Source: Acidimicrobiia bacterium (GTDB taxonomy: Bacteria > Actinomycetota > Acidimicrobiia > IMCC26256 > JAGNEX01). Taken from it: DNA of 64,000 nt. The notes beneath the pieces were generated by a model. It ran no database searches, had not been told where the DNA came from, and saw only the letters and a list, made by a program, of their open reading frames with translations. The stretch spans positions 651 to 64,650 of the forward strand of contig JAGNEX010000004.1 of the NCBI GenBank assembly GCA_018003035.1. The letters run 5' to 3'. This document shows positions 17,426 to 27,137 of this stretch, piece by piece (the first letter of the stretch is position 1; every line of letters starts with the position of its first letter). The position numbers and the translations under genes were made by a program.

Positions 17426-19776
17426 ATCCCAGGCGGTTAGGCGCGCAACTCGCCTTGGCTCTGGCCTGCGTCTTCGCAGCGTTGAGCTGGGGACGAGTCT
17501 TCGCCGACTGGACCTTTGCCGGCCCCGCGGTCGCGGGTCTCGCCGGCCCTGTATTGATCGGCACCCTCTGCACTGCTGCTGGCTGGCGTTGGTGGGTGCG
17601 GCTGCCCCTCCAGTTCGGATTGTTCTTTGTGTTGATGGCTGCCGCTGCGGGCGCTGGCAACAGCATCGGCGGAGTACTTCCAAACGGTGCGACGTTCGAC
17701 ATGATCCGCCAGGCGCTGCAGGACACCGGGACGATTGTCCGGGAGTCCGTTCCTCCGGTAGAGGTCACGCCGACCATTTCGATCCTCGTCACCCTGTTCA
17801 TGTGGCTCGGGGGTATGGCCACTGACGCCATCTCGACGCGACCCCATCAGCTACTGGCTGCGCTCATCCCTGATGCAGCGATTGTCTGTATCGCAACGCT
17901 GTTCGCTCCGGAGAACCACGAGTTCCGTACGGTGATCGCTTCGGGGTTTTTGTTCTTCGCGATTTTGCATTCTCTGTTGTTGCTGCTCGATATGCGGTCC
18001 CGCCAGCGTTCTCGGAACGGTGATGGCATCAAATGGCGCCGAGCGAGCGAAGTCGCCCAGACCAACAAGGTGGCCGCGAGTCCACCGCCGTCGAGGGACT
18101 CACTCCAGCGGACCCTCATTCGCGGGCTTCCTATCGTTGCGTTGGCCGCAATCCTCGCTCCGATCGTCGGCGCTCACCTTCCCGGGGCCGAGGCACCTGC
18201 GCTGTTACCGGTTGTTGGTTCGACCGAGCAACAAGAGCCGCGTACCGTCCCATCACCTCTGATCGACATGCAGCCGCAGCTCCAGATCGATCCGCCAGTC
18301 GAGGTGTTCACCGTCAAATCTTCGCAGCCGGGCGGCGCGTACTGGCGTCTGACCAGCCTTGAGAGCTTCGATGGCCGTCAGTGGTCACATAACGCGAGTT
18401 ATGAGTCGGTCGACGGCGAGTTGAACTTCGGGGTCGGGGCGGACGTGCCGACCGAAGGTATCGACCAGACCTTTAACATCACCAACCTCGATCGGTTCTG
18501 GGCCGACAGCGACACTCAGCGTTTCTGGTTACCCGCCGCCTATGCGCCCACCAAGTTCGATGTGGGCGACATCCGCGCCGACTCCGCATCGGGCAGCGTC
18601 ATCACCAAAGAGGCGACCGCAACGGGACTGAGCTACTCGGTGCACAGCGAGGAGCCCGTGCCGACCGAAGCTCAGCTCAAAGCCGCAACGGGAGCTCCGC
18701 CCAAATCGGTAGCCCCCTATCTGGAGCTCCCCGAGCTCCCCGAACGGATCGGCGCCTTGGCGACTCAGATCACCGCGGGCGCCGTCACGCCCTATGACAA
18801 GGCAAAGGCGATCGAGACCTATCTGCTCGGCTTCACCTACAACGAAGCCGTCACAATGAACCACTCCACGTCGTACCTCGAGCAGTTCTTGTTCGAGATC
18901 CAAGAGGGCTACTGCGAGCAGTTCGCCGCCTCGTATGCCGTGCTCGGGCGTTCGTTGGGGCTCCCCACGCGAGTGGCCGTCGGTTTCACACCGGGCACCT
19001 ACGATGCCGCAACCCAAACTTTTAGGGTGACCACGGACAACGCGCATGCTTGGCCCGAGGTCTATTTCGAAGGAATTGGCTGGATCAAGTTTGAGCCGAC
19101 GCCGCGGACCGATGAAGGCGGTCCGAACGGTAACGCTGACCCACCGCCTCCCGAAGACGAACAAACAGCTCCGTCGACGACGACGACCGTTCCGCCTCAA
19201 GAGGCAGAGACACCACCGCCCCCACCGCCGCCCCCGGACAACGTGCCTAGCACAACCACTACGACCAGCGCGGAGAACGAGGTCACTCCACCGCCTCCCG
19301 ATGAGCCTGAGTCGCCGCCGCCTTCCAGTCGTAACTGGACCCCATTCCTGGTGGTCCTCGCGACGGCCGGCCTGGTTGCCGCCTATGTCTTTGGCATCCC
19401 GGCGTTGAAGAAGCGCCGCCGCGATCAACGCCTCAACGCGCCAGATATGCGGGATCGTGTTTCTGGAGCTTGGGACGAGGTGAGCGATCGACTGCTCGAG
19501 CGCAGCATCACCCGGCCAAAGACGTTGACGAACACCGAGTTCGCTGGTGCGCTCGAAGGTCAATATGGTCCGGCCTTCGCCGATGATTTGACTGCTTTGG
19601 GCGCCCAACAGTCCGCCGCATCTTTTGCGCCAAGCGACCCGTCGTCGGACCAGGCGAGTATGGCCTGGGGCGCTGCTGATCGCATCGCGAACGAACTCGA
19701 AAGCGGCCTGTCCGCGCCTAAGCGCTGGCTCTACCGCCTGGACCCACGGCCGCTGCTGGCCCGTGGAGGCCACTAG
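17422..19776 (+). CDS. transglutaminase-like membrane protein (TgpA-type) with Pro/Thr-rich linker and C-terminal TM + tail
   Basis: 784-aa ORF. N-terminal polytopic region. Cys-His-Asp core (GYCEQFAASYAVL ... NAHAWPEVYFEGIGWIKFEPTP). Then PPPPEDEQ...PPPPPPPPDN...PPPPDEPESPPP, a TM (FLVVLATAGLVAAYVFGIPAL) and a cytosolic tail. Confidence 0.9.
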   Translation: MNPRRLGAQLALALACVFAALSWGRVFADWTFAGPAVAGLAGPVLIGTLCTAAGWRWWVRLPLQFGLFFVLMAAAAGAGNSIGGVLPNGATFDMIRQALQDTGTIVRESVPPVEVTPTISILVTLFMWLGGMATDAISTRPHQLLAALIPDAAIVCIATLFAPENHEFRTVIASGFLFFAILHSLLLLLDMRSRQRSRNGDGIKWRRASEVAQTNKVAASPPPSRDSLQRTLIRGLPIVALAAILAPIVGAHLPGAEAPALLPVVGSTEQQEPRTVPSPLIDMQPQLQIDPPVEVFTVKSSQPGGAYWRLTSLESFDGRQWSHNASYESVDGELNFGVGADVPTEGIDQTFNITNLDRFWADSDTQRFWLPAAYAPTKFDVGDIRADSASGSVITKEATATGLSYSVHSEEPVPTEAQLKAATGAPPKSVAPYLELPELPERIGALATQITAGAVTPYDKAKAIETYLLGFTYNEAVTMNHSTSYLEQFLFEIQEGYCEQFAASYAVLGRSLGLPTRVAVGFTPGTYDAATQTFRVTTDNAHAWPEVYFEGIGWIKFEPTPRTDEGGPNGNADPPPPEDEQTAPSTTTTVPPQEAETPPPPPPPPDNVPSTTTTTSAENEVTPPPPDEPESPPPSSRNWTPFLVVLATAGLVAAYVFGIPALKKRRRDQRLNAPDMRDRVSGAWDEVSDRLLERSITRPKTLTNTEFAGALEGQYGPAFADDLTALGAQQSAASFAPSDPSSDQASMAWGAADRIANELESGLSAPKRWLYRLDPRPLLARGGH

Positions 19777-19804
19777 TCACACGCCCAAGATGATCATTTC
19801 GTTT

Positions 19805-19834
19805 GGCATCCGCCGATTCTGGACCGCGGATGCC
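19805..19834 (+). terminator. 9-bp stem hairpin 29 nt after the transglutaminase stop (no U-tract)
   Basis: ggcatccgc (19805-19813) pairs with gcggatgcc (19826-19834), with a 12-nt loop. It is followed by atacgg, so it is not a canonical intrinsic terminator. Confidence 0.3.
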
Positions 19835-20277
19835 ATACGGAAGATGGACCCCGATCCATGAGCGTGGGCCCGCCGTCGTCTATCGCTGGTTGTCGGCAAA
19901 CGTGTTGGTCGACTGTTCGCTGCAAGACGGGCGTCCGCCGGTTGCCTTCGACAGCAGGCCACCGAGACAGTACGCGTGTGCCCCCGCTCGAGGGGGTTCT
20001 GATCGCGACCCTCTCAGGCTCGGGCCCTGCTTCGGCAAAAGAACTTCAAATGCCTCGGCGACCGTCCAAGGCCACGCTGGGAGCAAACGACATTTCGCCG
20101 GAGCCTTGCCGTGCGCCTGCGTTCGCAGAGAACATCCGTGGCCGCGCACAGGCCGCGACATGACACGTGACATTGCAATCCGTCGGTTCCAGGCTCGATC
20201 GAGCTGTCAGAAACGACCCAGGCGACGGAAGGACCCGGAACCCCACCTTTTCGGACAAAGGGTTTGGGGGGAAGCGA

Positions 20278-20694
20278 TTAGGAGTCTTGGGGACCCCCGG
20301 GGCGACGGCGGGGACCCTGCCCACTGCCCCCGTTGCCTGGGAACTGGCGTGGGTCGTGCGTCCGCTGGCGCCAATAGTCGCGCATGTTCTGAAGCGGAAC
20401 GACTTCGCTGATCGAGTTAAGTCCCGCCTTTGACAGGCTGCGCGCGTAGAACTCGATGCGAAATGCGGCGCCGAGCATCACCAGGAAGCCCAAAAAGCCC
20501 AGCCAAATGCTGGTCGTGAAGGTGAAGAGGAGGAACAGAAAGCCGAGAACGAACACCATGGCAGAGCGACGAATGTTGCGTGCGGCGTCGCGGTAGATCG
20601 ACTCTTCGGCCTTCTCCGCAAGCGACGGGTCGCTCGTCGTCAGCTGCTCTTCTATTGCAGCAAGGATGCGTTGTTCGTCTTCGGAGAGTGGCAT
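20278..20694 (-). CDS. DUF3040-family membrane protein
   Basis: N-terminus MPLSEDEQRILAAIEEQL followed by two TMs. I chose the internal ATG at 20694 over the track start at 20727. Confidence 0.8.
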   Translation of the reverse strand: MPLSEDEQRILAAIEEQLTTSDPSLAEKAEESIYRDAARNIRRSAMVFVLGFLFLLFTFTTSIWLGFLGFLVMLGAAFRIEFYARSLSKAGLNSISEVVPLQNMRDYWRQRTHDPRQFPGNGGSGQGPRRRPGGPQDS

Positions 20695-20843
20695 TGGTGT
20701 CCCTGCGGGCAAGTGAAATTTCCACACAAACGACTGCGAAAGGCCAGCGCCCGGACGGTTCGACGACCGGCGGACTCAGTTGCGTCTTGGCATTCTCTCA
20801 CTGTGGTGCGGCCACGAACAACGCAACTAAGAACAAAATCGCT

Positions 20844-21350
20844 TCAGGGGTGCACTTGGCGGATGCTGTGCGGGCCGGGGCGACGCCCGGTCAGGTGAAA
20901 CCCGTGATGCTGTTGGCCGGCTTCTCTGGTCTCTGTCCAGTTGGTGAGCGGGCCCCGCACCCAAGGGGGCGCGGTGCGCACATAGTCCGGTATCTCGGCG
21001 AGAGGCACCCAACGCGCTTCGACCACGATCCCGTCTGGGTCCTCGATGTTGATATCGCCTCGTACTGCGTCAGCGACGTAGACCTGGCAATGCATCTCCC
21101 AGCCCATATCCAGTGCGGCGACCTCGACGGTGTACGCCGGCCCCGTCCAGGCCGAAACCTCTAACCCGGTCTCTTCAAAGACTTCGCGGGTCAGGCCGGT
21201 TTCTGTTGACGGGTCATCGTCATCGATGACGCCGCCCGGTGGCGTCCAATCGACTCGCCCATCTTTGCGAACGTTCTTGACCAGCAGAAGCTTGCCGTTC
21301 TGTTCGATCAGGCCGCCAGCGACCAACCATCGGCGCAGCTCCTTAGTCAT
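20844..21350 (-). CDS. Nudix hydrolase
   Basis: 168-aa ORF with the Nudix box GGVIDDDDPSTETGLTREVFEETGL (GX5EX7REUXEEXGU). 8-nt overlap with the upstream GT2 gene. Confidence 0.9.
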   Translation of the reverse strand: MTKELRRWLVAGGLIEQNGKLLLVKNVRKDGRVDWTPPGGVIDDDDPSTETGLTREVFEETGLEVSAWTGPAYTVEVAALDMGWEMHCQVYVADAVRGDINIEDPDGIVVEARWVPLAEIPDYVRTAPPWVRGPLTNWTETREAGQQHHGFHLTGRRPGPHSIRQVHP

Positions 21351-22119
21351 CTCGTAGCCTCCTGCGCGTGAACCTCCGCTTGACGCCCCACCATGTCACG
21401 AGTCCGAGCGCTTCTACAACGATTCTTGATGACATCTTCGACTTGCCGCGGGTTCGGTCGACGAACGCAATGGGCACTTCGCGGATTCGCGCGCCGCGAT
21501 CTGTCGCCCGCATGGCCATCTCGATCTGAAATCCGTACCCGTCGGCGCGCACCGCGTCGCGATCCATCCTGGCGATCAAAGGTGCCGCGTATGCACGGAA
21601 ACCTGCCGTCGCGTCTTTGATGTTGAGGCCCAACATCGCAGCGGAGTAGCGATTACCAAAACGTGACAGCGCGAGTCTGTGCCACGACCATGTCGGGATT
21701 GTCCCGCCCGGAACGTACCGCGAGCCGATTACCAGATCCGCGCCGGCTTCGATCTGTTCGATAAACCGAGGAATCACCGCAGGGTCGTGAGAGCCATCGG
21801 CATCCATCTGGATCAGGACATCGAACCCGTGGTCCAGTCCCCACTGATAGCCAGCCAAGTAGGCCGGGCCGAGACCTTCTTTAACCGAGCGATGCAGCAC
21901 CGAAACGTCGAGGCGCTCGCGGTTGGCGTCAGCCCAGGTTTCGGCAAGCATCGCCGTGCCGTCAGGACTGTTGTCATCAAGCACCAAAACAGAGACGCCG
22001 GGGGCCTCTTGCGCGACGCGCTCCAAGAGCACCTCGATGTTGGCAGCTTCGTTGTATGTCGGAACCATTACTAGGGTCTTACGCACGCCGAAGATGCTAG
22101 GCGGCCGCCGGGCATGCAT
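21343..22119 (-). CDS. ppm1: polyprenol/dolichol-phosphate mannosyltransferase (GT2, Ppm1-type catalytic domain)
   Basis: Motifs LVMVPTYNEAANI, VLVLDDNSPDGT, QMDADGSHDP. The track ORF extends to 22290, but that extension overlaps a plausible divergent gene. The ATG at 22119 (MHARRPPSIFG) gives a normal length. Confidence 0.85.
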   Translation of the reverse strand: MHARRPPSIFGVRKTLVMVPTYNEAANIEVLLERVAQEAPGVSVLVLDDNSPDGTAMLAETWADANRERLDVSVLHRSVKEGLGPAYLAGYQWGLDHGFDVLIQMDADGSHDPAVIPRFIEQIEAGADLVIGSRYVPGGTIPTWSWHRLALSRFGNRYSAAMLGLNIKDATAGFRAYAAPLIARMDRDAVRADGYGFQIEMAMRATDRGARIREVPIAFVDRTRGKSKMSSRIVVEALGLVTWWGVKRRFTRRRLRDD

Positions 22120-22180
22120 TCGGGTCGGATCTCCACGCCGACAACGTTTCGTCACCAGGTAGCTCGCTACGCTTGCACCC

Positions 22181-22558
22181 ATGGAGACCCAAGCAGAGTT
22201 GCTGATCCCGCAGGGCCCCGAGCACCCTCGCTGGGCGTTTGTGACGGCCTTTAACGGCATCGTCGCCGGCGGGCTGCTGGGCGGGGTCATCGGCTACGGG
22301 CTAGTCAACGTCCAATGTGACGGCGATTGCGGCGCCGCGCTGGCCATAGCCGTCGTGGTTGGGTCGGTGTTGGGAGCGGCAGGTTTGTCGGTCGTTGCAG
22401 CAATCGGGCTGCGAGCTATGGCCGAATGGTCAACCGTCCAAGACCGGGCGCTGCCCCAGCAACAGCCTCTACCCGCGGTCACGTCCTCGCCCGCCAGTCC
22501 CAAGACGGCCTCCGAACCGTCCCAAGCCGAGATTTCACCATCGACCGAAGCTGACTGA
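22181..22558 (+). CDS. hypothetical small membrane protein (2 TM, Pro/Ser-rich tail)
   Basis: 125-aa ORF with high third-position GC. Hydrophobic segments AFVTAFNGIVAGGLLGGVIGYGLV and ALAIAVVVGSVLGAAGLSVVAAIGL. Divergent from ppm1. Confidence 0.55.
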   Translation: METQAELLIPQGPEHPRWAFVTAFNGIVAGGLLGGVIGYGLVNVQCDGDCGAALAIAVVVGSVLGAAGLSVVAAIGLRAMAEWSTVQDRALPQQQPLPAVTSSPASPKTASEPSQAEISPSTEAD

Positions 22559-22663
22559 CAACGCCACTTCTCGGCGGACCCCTCACGTCCTCAATCGGCG
22601 ACAAGCAACGACGCTGCCGAGCAACAGCGAACTTGTCGGCCCACTGCAGGTGCCGCACCCTGG

Positions 22664-23518
22664 CTACTTCCGGAGCGGCCGTATGAGTCCCTCCTGGGTG
22701 ACCGTTGTCACGAGCCGACCGTCGGCTGAATAGATGTAGCCCTGCGACAGGCCACGCGCTCCCCCCGCAAAAGGGCTGTACTGGTCGTACAGCATCCATT
22801 GCGAAGCGTCGATGTCGTTGTGGAACCACATCGCGTGGTCGAGACTTGCAACTTGGAATCGCGGTTCAAACCACGAGTGTGCGTGAGGGCCCATCGAAAT
22901 ATCAAGCAGGGTCATATCCGAGACGTAGGTCACCAAGCAGCGCTGCAACATCTGGTCAGAAGGCGGCGTTCCATTCGTCCGGAACCAGACTTGCTGGGAC
23001 GGAGGACCGATCTCGCCGGTCATGCCGCTTGGCATCGTGACGTAACGGAGTTCGATGGGGCGCTCGGTCCGGATCCACGATTTGAGCAGCTGAGCCTTGT
23101 CACCCAGACGCTCTTCCGTCGTAGGGAGGTCTTCGGGACGTGGCACCTCGGGCATCGGCCGGAAATGCTCGACCCCCTCTTCGACAACCTGAAACGACGC
23201 CTGCATGTGGAAGATGGGCCGTCCATGCTGGATCGCGTCGACACGGCGAGTCGTAAATGACTGACCGTCCCGGAGCCGATGAACTTCGTAGATGATCGGA
23301 ACCGACGTATCACCTGGCCGAAGGAAATATGCGTGAAGGCTGTGCGCAGGCCGGGCCACGCTGTCGAGGGTCCGGCCCGCTGCGACAAGCGCCTGGCCTG
23401 CGACCTGTCCCCCAAACACCCGCTGTTGAGTGACATCGGGACTCCGGCCCCGGAACAGGTTTTCCTCAAGGGTTTCCAGATCGAGAATCGCAATAAGACC
23501 GTCTAAGGCGCCTGACAT
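22664..23518 (-). CDS. tesB: acyl-CoA thioesterase II (double hotdog)
   Basis: LDLETLEENLFRGRSP..RVFGGQVAGQAL, HSLHAYFLRPGD, IYSADGRLVTTVTQEGL. Start taken at the ATG at 23518 (MSGALDGL) rather than the 364-aa track ORF. Confidence 0.85.
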   Translation of the reverse strand: MSGALDGLIAILDLETLEENLFRGRSPDVTQQRVFGGQVAGQALVAAGRTLDSVARPAHSLHAYFLRPGDTSVPIIYEVHRLRDGQSFTTRRVDAIQHGRPIFHMQASFQVVEEGVEHFRPMPEVPRPEDLPTTEERLGDKAQLLKSWIRTERPIELRYVTMPSGMTGEIGPPSQQVWFRTNGTPPSDQMLQRCLVTYVSDMTLLDISMGPHAHSWFEPRFQVASLDHAMWFHNDIDASQWMLYDQYSPFAGGARGLSQGYIYSADGRLVTTVTQEGLIRPLRK

Positions 23519-23592
23519 GCCATCAACCCTTCCCAGAAGACGAACAGCATGAGTTTCTAGAACATTCTCAGCGGGGAGTGCAGTTTTGAAAG

Positions 23593-24258
23593 TTGGCGTT
23601 GAACAACAATCATGTGTTGGTGACCTTCTACGTACCGAGGCGCCAAACTTACGACCTGGGAACCCTAGATGAGTCGGCTGCGCCCCGAGACCCGATGGAG
23701 CTCTTTGACGCCTGGTTTGCTGATGCCCTCGAAACCGAGGCGGGCGAGGCCGCGGCAATGGTGTTGTCGACGGTCGATGCGACCGGACGGCCCGATGGTC
23801 GGGTGGTGCTGATCAGGGCAACCGACCAAGCGCGCTTGGGGTTTTTTACCAACTACCGAAGCGCTAAAGCGTCTCAACTGCTGGACAGCCCCTGGGGGGC
23901 CGGGACGTTTTATTGGCCGGCGAGACAGCGCCAGGTACGGGTGCGCGGCAGCGTCGAGCCGATGAGCGCCGAGCGGTCTGATGAGTACTTTGCGAGCCGC
24001 CCGAGAGGCAGCCAACTGTCGGCATGGGCATCAGAGCAATCGACCATCATCAAAGACCGAACACAGCTGAGTAGTCGCATGGCCGCCGCCGAAGATGACT
24101 TTCGCGGCCGAGACGTACAGCGCCCGCCCCACTGGGGCGGCTACTGGCTGGCGTGTGATCAGATCGAGTTCTGGCAAGGCCGAACGGACCGTCTTCACGA
24201 CCGACTACGGTTCAACCGCCAACAAAACGGGTGGTCTATGGACCGCCTGTCGCCGTGA
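23593..24258 (+). CDS. pdxH: pyridoxamine 5'-phosphate oxidase
   Basis: 221-aa ORF. PMELFDAWF, GRPDGRVVLIR..GFFTNYRS.K, YFASRPRGSQL.AWAS.QS, IEFWQGR.DRLHDRLRF. The start codon is uncertain (TTG 23593 or a downstream GTG). Confidence 0.9.
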   Translation: MALNNNHVLVTFYVPRRQTYDLGTLDESAAPRDPMELFDAWFADALETEAGEAAAMVLSTVDATGRPDGRVVLIRATDQARLGFFTNYRSAKASQLLDSPWGAGTFYWPARQRQVRVRGSVEPMSAERSDEYFASRPRGSQLSAWASEQSTIIKDRTQLSSRMAAAEDDFRGRDVQRPPHWGGYWLACDQIEFWQGRTDRLHDRLRFNRQQNGWSMDRLSP

Positions 24259-24334
24259 GTAGCGAACTGACCGAGCATCAGGCGCCTACCAGCCACGGAC
24301 GTCACCAACGTCCACGCCCTGTACTTCAACCAAG

Positions 24335-25900
24335 ATGAGGAGCAGCCGCAGCATGAGCCCCGAAACGACAACGTCAGCGCCAATTTCGGCCGACCCTGCG
24401 ACTCCGGAAGATTTGCCGATCGTCCTCTCGATCGACGCGGGAACAACCGGCGTCCGGACACTGGCGATCGACGCGAATGGAACCAAACAGGGATGGTCGT
24501 ACCGGGAGTTCCCCCAGTATTTCCCCGAGCCGGGCTGGGTTGAACACGACGCCCTGGAAATCTGGGATGCCGTCGCAGCGACCCTCGCCGACGTCGTCGA
24601 ACAGATCGGTGATGCACACCGAATTGCGGCAATCGGTATTACCAACCAGAGAGAGACCACCATCGTGTGGGACGCCCACACCGGTCAACCACTCCACCGG
24701 GCCCTCGTCTGGCAGGACCGACGAACCGCCGCTCGCTGCGACGAACTGAAGGCCGGGGGTGTCGAACCGTTGGTCCGGGCGAAAACCGGCCTGGTCCTAG
24801 ACCCCTACTTTTCTGCCACAAAACTCGAATGGCTGTTCACCAAGGGCGGTGTCGCCGCCGATCAGAACACGCTTTTTGGCACGGTCGATTCGTGGATTCT
24901 GTGGAAGCTCACCGGCGGCATCGACGGCGGAGTTCATGGGACGGATCCGTCCAACGCAAGCCGGACGCTGCTGTACAACATCGGCGAACGACGCTGGGAC
25001 GATGAGCTGTGCGAACTCTTTTCGGTGCCTCCCACCTGCCTCCCACAGGTGATGGCCTCCTCTGGTCGATTCGGCATCACGAACCCCAACTCAGCAGCCG
25101 GACTGGCGGTTCCGGTCTCGGGTATTGCAGGCGACCAGCAGGCGTCGCTCTTCGGACAGGCGTGCTTCGCTCCGGGCGCGACAAAGAACACTTACGGAAC
25201 TGGGTCGTTTGTGTTGATGAACGTTGGAACGTCGGTCCCTCGCATCGTGGACGGCATTCTGACGACAGTCGCCTGGCAGATTGGCGACGAAGTGACCTAC
25301 GCAGCGGAAGGCGCGATTTTCGTGACCGGCGCGGCGATCAAATGGCTTCGTGACGGCCTCGGACTGATCGAGGCTGCCGCAGACACCGGTCCCCTTGCGG
25401 CATCCGTTCCCGACACTGGCGGCGTGTATCTGGTCCCGGCGTTTGCCGGGCTCGGTTCCCCTTACTGGGACCCGTACGCGCGAGGCACGATCGTCGGGCT
25501 GACCCTCGGGACCACGGCGGCCCACATGGCCCGAGCGGTCGTCGAGGCGATGGCGTACCAAACCAAAGACGTCATCGACGCCATGACCTCGGCTGCGGGC
25601 ACGTCGGTCGAGTTGTTGCATGTCGACGGTGGCGCAAGCGTCATGGACCTGCTGTGCCAATTCCAGGCGGACCTACTGGGAGTCGAGGTGAGACGGCCGG
25701 TCGTCCAGGAGACCACCGCCATGGGCGCCGCCTACCTTGCTGGATTGGCCGAGGGCGTGTGGGCATCGCTCGATGACATCACCGACGCGTGGCAACTCGA
25801 CCGTTCGTTCGAGCCGGAAGCGTCGAGGGACGCGTCGTCGAGCGGGTACGAGGGATGGCTGCGAGCGGTCGAACGGTCTCGGGGCTGGAGCACCACCTAG
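24335..25900 (+). CDS. glpK: glycerol kinase
   Basis: 521-aa ORF. LSIDAGTTGVR, FPEPGWVEHDALEIW, GITNQRETTIVWD, GIAGDQQASLFGQ, VDGGAS. Confidence 0.95.
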   Translation: MRSSRSMSPETTTSAPISADPATPEDLPIVLSIDAGTTGVRTLAIDANGTKQGWSYREFPQYFPEPGWVEHDALEIWDAVAATLADVVEQIGDAHRIAAIGITNQRETTIVWDAHTGQPLHRALVWQDRRTAARCDELKAGGVEPLVRAKTGLVLDPYFSATKLEWLFTKGGVAADQNTLFGTVDSWILWKLTGGIDGGVHGTDPSNASRTLLYNIGERRWDDELCELFSVPPTCLPQVMASSGRFGITNPNSAAGLAVPVSGIAGDQQASLFGQACFAPGATKNTYGTGSFVLMNVGTSVPRIVDGILTTVAWQIGDEVTYAAEGAIFVTGAAIKWLRDGLGLIEAAADTGPLAASVPDTGGVYLVPAFAGLGSPYWDPYARGTIVGLTLGTTAAHMARAVVEAMAYQTKDVIDAMTSAAGTSVELLHVDGGASVMDLLCQFQADLLGVEVRRPVVQETTAMGAAYLAGLAEGVWASLDDITDAWQLDRSFEPEASRDASSSGYEGWLRAVERSRGWSTT

Positions 25901-25964
25901 CGCTGACTCTCCTTCAGGAGCGCAGCGGCCTATTCGGCTTTGGCGTGTTCAGCACGCTAAAGCC

Positions 25965-27137
25965 TTAGGCGGAGTGGAGGACCTTTTTGATGCCGCGGAT
26001 CGCTTGATTGATGCGCTGTTCGTTCTCGACGAGCGCAAAGCGAACGAACCCTTCGCCACCGGGACCAAAACCGACCCCTGGCGACACTGCGACGTTTGCT
26101 TCTTCGACGAGGCGCACGGCGAATTCGAGGCTTCCAAGCGACCGGAACTCTTCAGGAATCTGAGCCCAGACAAACATCGTCGCTTCAGGCGGTTTGACAT
26201 CCCACCCAATGCGCTGCAGGCCTTGTATGAGGGTGTTGCGGCGCCCCAGGTAGATGTCGTTGACCGTTGCGGGGAACTCGTCCGCTTCGTTCAACGTGAC
26301 GGTCGCTGCTATCTGGATCGGCTGGAAGGTCCCGTAATCGAGGTAGGACTTGAGCTTGGCGAGCGCCGCGACGACTTCGGCGTTGCCCAGCAAGAACCCA
26401 AGCCGCCAACCGGCCATCGAATAACTCTTGGTCATGGTGTAGAGCTCGACAGCGACATCCTTGGCCCCAGGAACCTGGAGAATCGACGGCGGCACATACC
26501 CGTCGAACGCCGTATCGGAATACGCGAAGTCGTGAACGATTAAGACATCCCGTTCCCGAGCAAAGTCCACGACCTTGGACATGAAGTCGAGGTCTACAAC
26601 CGTGGTCGTCGGATTGTGCGGAAACGACATGATGATCACGCGCGGTCGAGGCCAAGCGCGGTCCCAGGCATTGCGCAGATTCTCGAAAAAATCCTCTTCG
26701 GGACCCAGCAGAACCTGACGAATGTCGGCACCGGCCAACACCGGGGCGTAGATGTGGATCGGATACGACGGGCTGGGGACCAACGCGATGTCGCCGGGCT
26801 GCACCAAGGTCCACATCAGGTGGCTGAGACCCTCTTTGGCGCCGATCGTCGAAATCGCTTCGGTCTCTGGGTCGAGCGACACCTGGTAGCGCCGCTCGTA
26901 CAGACCGCAAATAGCACGGCGAAGGCCGGGGATGCCGCGGGACGCCGAATAGCGGTGGTTACGTGAGTTCTGCGCTGCTTCACACAGCTTCGCGACAGCC
27001 AGATCGGGTGATGCGATATCCGGGTTACCAAAGCCCAGGTCGATGACATCTTCGCCACGGCGACGCGCTGCCAACTTGAGAGCGTCGATCTGTGCGAAAA
27101 CGTACGGTGGCAACACGTTGATGCGGCGAAAATCCAT
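25965..27137 (-). CDS. class I pyridoxal-phosphate aminotransferase (AlaA/AspC-like)
   Basis: 390-aa [21 protein letters not shown]-like [20 protein letters not shown]-lysine context [14 protein letters not shown]. Confidence 0.9.
   Translation of the reverse strand: MDFRRINVLPPYVFAQIDALKLAARRRGEDVIDLGFGNPDIASPDLAVAKLCEAAQNSRNHRYSASRGIPGLRRAICGLYERRYQVSLDPETEAISTIGAKEGLSHLMWTLVQPGDIALVPSPSYPIHIYAPVLAGADIRQVLLGPEEDFFENLRNAWDRAWPRPRVIIMSFPHNPTTTVVDLDFMSKVVDFARERDVLIVHDFAYSDTAFDGYVPPSILQVPGAKDVAVELYTMTKSYSMAGWRLGFLLGNAEVVAALAKLKSYLDYGTFQPIQIAATVTLNEADEFPATVNDIYLGRRNTLIQGLQRIGWDVKPPEATMFVWAQIPEEFRSLGSLEFAVRLVEEANVAVSPGVGFGPGGEGFVRFALVENEQRINQAIRGIKKVLHSA

Noticed and set aside
18529-19773. 414-aa ORF antisense to the transglutaminase gene
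   Set aside because: It is an Arg/Gly-rich translation with no motifs, fully embedded opposite a gene with clear catalytic motifs. This is a typical stop-codon-poor antisense frame in high-GC DNA.
19803-20411. 202-aa plus-strand ORF filling the 500-nt gap and running into the DUF3040 gene
   Set aside because: The translation is Arg/Pro/Cys-heavy with no hydrophobic core or motif. It overlaps the convincing DUF3040 gene on the other strand. I treat the region as non-coding or unknown (see finding).
21343-22290. 315-aa version of the Ppm1-like ORF
   Set aside because: The first 57 aa are low-complexity and would overlap a plausible divergent membrane-protein gene (22181-22558). GT2 homology begins right after the internal ATG at 22119.
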